Part shown: one piece after another, positions 51,899 to 54,376 of the stretch
Numbering within the stretch: position 1 is the stretch's first letter
How the letters are laid out: each line of letters starts with the position of its first letter
DNA from: Octopus sinensis
Taxonomy: Eukaryota
DNA length: 54,376 bases
Direction of reading: 5' to 3'
NCBI RefSeq assembly: GCF_006345805.1
Contig: NW_021835919.1
Span: 1 to 54,376, forward strand
The notes under the pieces: generated by a model
The model's input: only the letters and a program-made list of their open reading frames with translations
What the model was told of the DNA's origin: nothing
The model's database searches: none
Translations under genes and position numbers: made by a program

Positions 51899-52784
51899 TA
51901 TATATATGTGTGTGTATGTATGTATGTTTATATGTACGTATGTATGCATGTACGTATGTGTGCACACAAGCATGTCTGTGTATGTAGATTGTTTGAAGTG
52001 CTATACAGATTTTATATATCTAGAAAAAGTGGGTAGTCAGGATTTTGGATAATTATTCAATTAGCTCTTTCATCTCTCTTTGAGAGATTCATCATGAATG
52101 ATTTATTTACAGCAAATTCATGCCTTTTATGTATATGTAAGTTCCAGATGAAAAAGACCTGGAAGAGGGTGTTTTTATTATTTTGAATGCATATGTGTGT
52201 GTGTGTATGTATATTTGTGTATGTGTGTGTGTGTGTATACATGGTGAATTTTTGGAGGCTTTGTTAGAGAGAGAAGAAATGGGTTTCCACAGAATTTCCG
52301 TCAACCAAATACAGTGCAGGGTTATAGTAGGGGACACTTCACTAAGACTGAAATCAAAATCAAACGACTGAAAAGCAAGCTTCTTAATTATACAACCAGG
52401 TAAGAAAGAGACAGAGGTGAGGGGAGAGAGAGTGATAAGGGGAGAGAGGGAGAAAGATAAGGGAGTCAGCATGTCTATGGGGTCAAAGAGGATGTAGTGA
52501 GGCAGTGCATGACACTTTGCTAATCAGCTTGGGACAGCTTCATTGTAAAAGCTAATTAAGTGCGATATGATGTCGGTAATAAGTCTGGACTGGAAACAAT
52601 ATCAGATTTGAGCAAAAGTATTGAAATTAATTAATCTCAGGTGAGACATTTTACTGATCGTTCACATGGCGACTGGCAAATAACCAATATTTTGTACACC
52701 AAACAGCATGAAAACGGTGTTTGATTTTTAGATCGTGTTCTATTGAAGCTTAGACTTTTTCTGCAGCTTGCCAGAAAGCACAAA

Positions 52785-53212
52785 TACTCTTTACTCTCTT
52801 TTACTTGTTTCAGTCATTTGACTGCGGCCATGCTGGAGCACCGCCTTTTAGTCGAGCAAATCGACCCCGGGACTTATTCTTTGTAAGTCCAGTACTTATT
52901 CTATCAGTCTCTTTTGCTGAACCGCTAAGTAACGGGGACATAAACACACCAGCATCGTTGTCAAGCAATGCTAGGGGGACAAACACAGACACACAAACAC
53001 ATACACACACATATATATATACATATATATATATATATACATATATATGACGGGCTTCTTTCAGTTTCCGTCTACCAAATCCACTCACAAGGCATTGGTC
53101 GGCCCAGGGCTATAGCAGAAGACACTTGCCCAAGATGCCACGCAGTGGGACTGAACCCGGAACCATGTGGTTAGTAAACAAGCTACTTACCACACAGCCA
53201 CTCCTGCGCCTA
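52785..53212 (-). mobile_element. SINE family A, full length
   Basis: Same consensus. Confidence 0.85.
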
Positions 53213-53313
53213 TATATACTTCTCCATGATTGCTGTTCAAATACAGGCCACTCTGATTTTATTTTTCTTTGCTCGTTTTCATTTGTACACATTTGTGAAT
53301 ATACACGCGCGCA

Positions 53314-53354
<41 letters not shown>

Positions 53355-53479
53355 CTGTATGCATATATTTGTTTAACACGATCTATGCTTGAGCATCAAT
53401 GTAAAGCACTAAGTCAATACCGTTACATTGCAAACTGACAAAGGGAGGTAAGTGTTAAGCAAACAGACATTCGTTACCT

Positions 53480-53900
53480 ACGCATCACACACACACACAC
53501 ACACACACCACTTAATCACGCACAAACCCAGACAAGTGCATGCATACACACACACACATCTCTTAATCACACATAAGCACAGACAAGCACACACAAACAC
53601 ACAACTTAATCGGGCACAGACACAGACATGCGGACACACGCACATACACACACAAATATATACACACACACATACACCGCTTAATCACACACAAACCCAG
53701 ACAAGTGCAACACATACACACACACACACTATCACACACACCCACACATCACTTAATCACACACAAGCACAGACAAACACACACACAGACACACACACGC
53801 ACATACTCACACATCACTTAATCACACGAAAGCACAGACAAACGCACACACATACACACACACTCACACGCCCACTACTCAATCACACACACACACAAGC
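53480..53900. repeat. CA-rich minisatellite with marker cttaatcacac..aagcacagacaa (~7 units)
   Basis: Direct reading. Confidence 0.75.
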
Positions 53901-54014
53901 ATAATCGAACAAATAACAAATATGTCTCCCAAACAGGTTGGGATCTTGGAAGAGTGATTGAACACAATTGAGTTCAATAATAAATAATGATGACAACAAA
54001 AGAAACAAAAAAAA

Positions 54015-54348
54015 AAGAACCGCCACTTTGTCGGCTGCGATGACAAGTGTTCCAGTTCGTCCGATCAACGGAACAGCCCCCGCTCAGGAAATTAACATAT
54101 AAGTGCTTGAGTACTCCACAGGCATATGTACTCTTAACGGCCTTCTCTGTGAGATTCAGCATGACACCGAACGTGAGAAGGCTGGCCCTTTAGGATACAG
54201 GCACTACTCTTCTTTTGTAAGCTGAGGGGACAGGAGCAATGTGAAATAAAAGTGTCTTGTTCAAGGACACAAGGAACCGCTGGGATTTGAACTCATGACC
54301 TTACAATTGTGAGCTCATTACCCGAACCAATGAGCCATGTGCCTTCAC
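54015..54348 (-). mobile_element. SINE family D (tRNA head plus gtgtccttgaacaagacactt box)
   Basis: A box tggctcattgg, B box gagttcaaatccc; related fragment at 5632-5745. Confidence 0.6.
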
Positions 54349-54376
54349 AAATGATGGTGATAACAATGACAACAAA

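Overview
AT-rich, repeat-saturated eukaryotic DNA. From my recollection of the repeat families it is most likely an Octopus (coleoid cephalopod) intronic or intergenic region; this is not verified by a search. Most of the window is microsatellite ((TA)n, (CA)n, (CT)n, (GAT)n, (GAA)n, (GGT)n, (GATG)n) and tRNA-derived SINEs of about four families. It also holds CR1 and RTE LINE fragments, mariner/hAT/TTAA-type MITE remnants and Penelope-like remnants. Almost all ORFs in the supplied track are low-complexity or repeat artefacts. The only host-gene signal is three candidate minus-strand exons (13159-13086, 4827-4783, 1371-1126) of an unidentified gene. Most interesting: (1) several minimal type-I hammerhead ribozyme motifs in Penelope-like remnants, two of them in a ~310-bp near-perfect palindrome; (2) a 65-nt pre-miRNA-like hairpin at 47792-47856; (3) a 10-copy head-to-tail SINE array bounded by one TSD; (4) a 246-nt exon candidate with a single in-frame UGA. 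Repeat boundaries are approximate (+/-10 nt).
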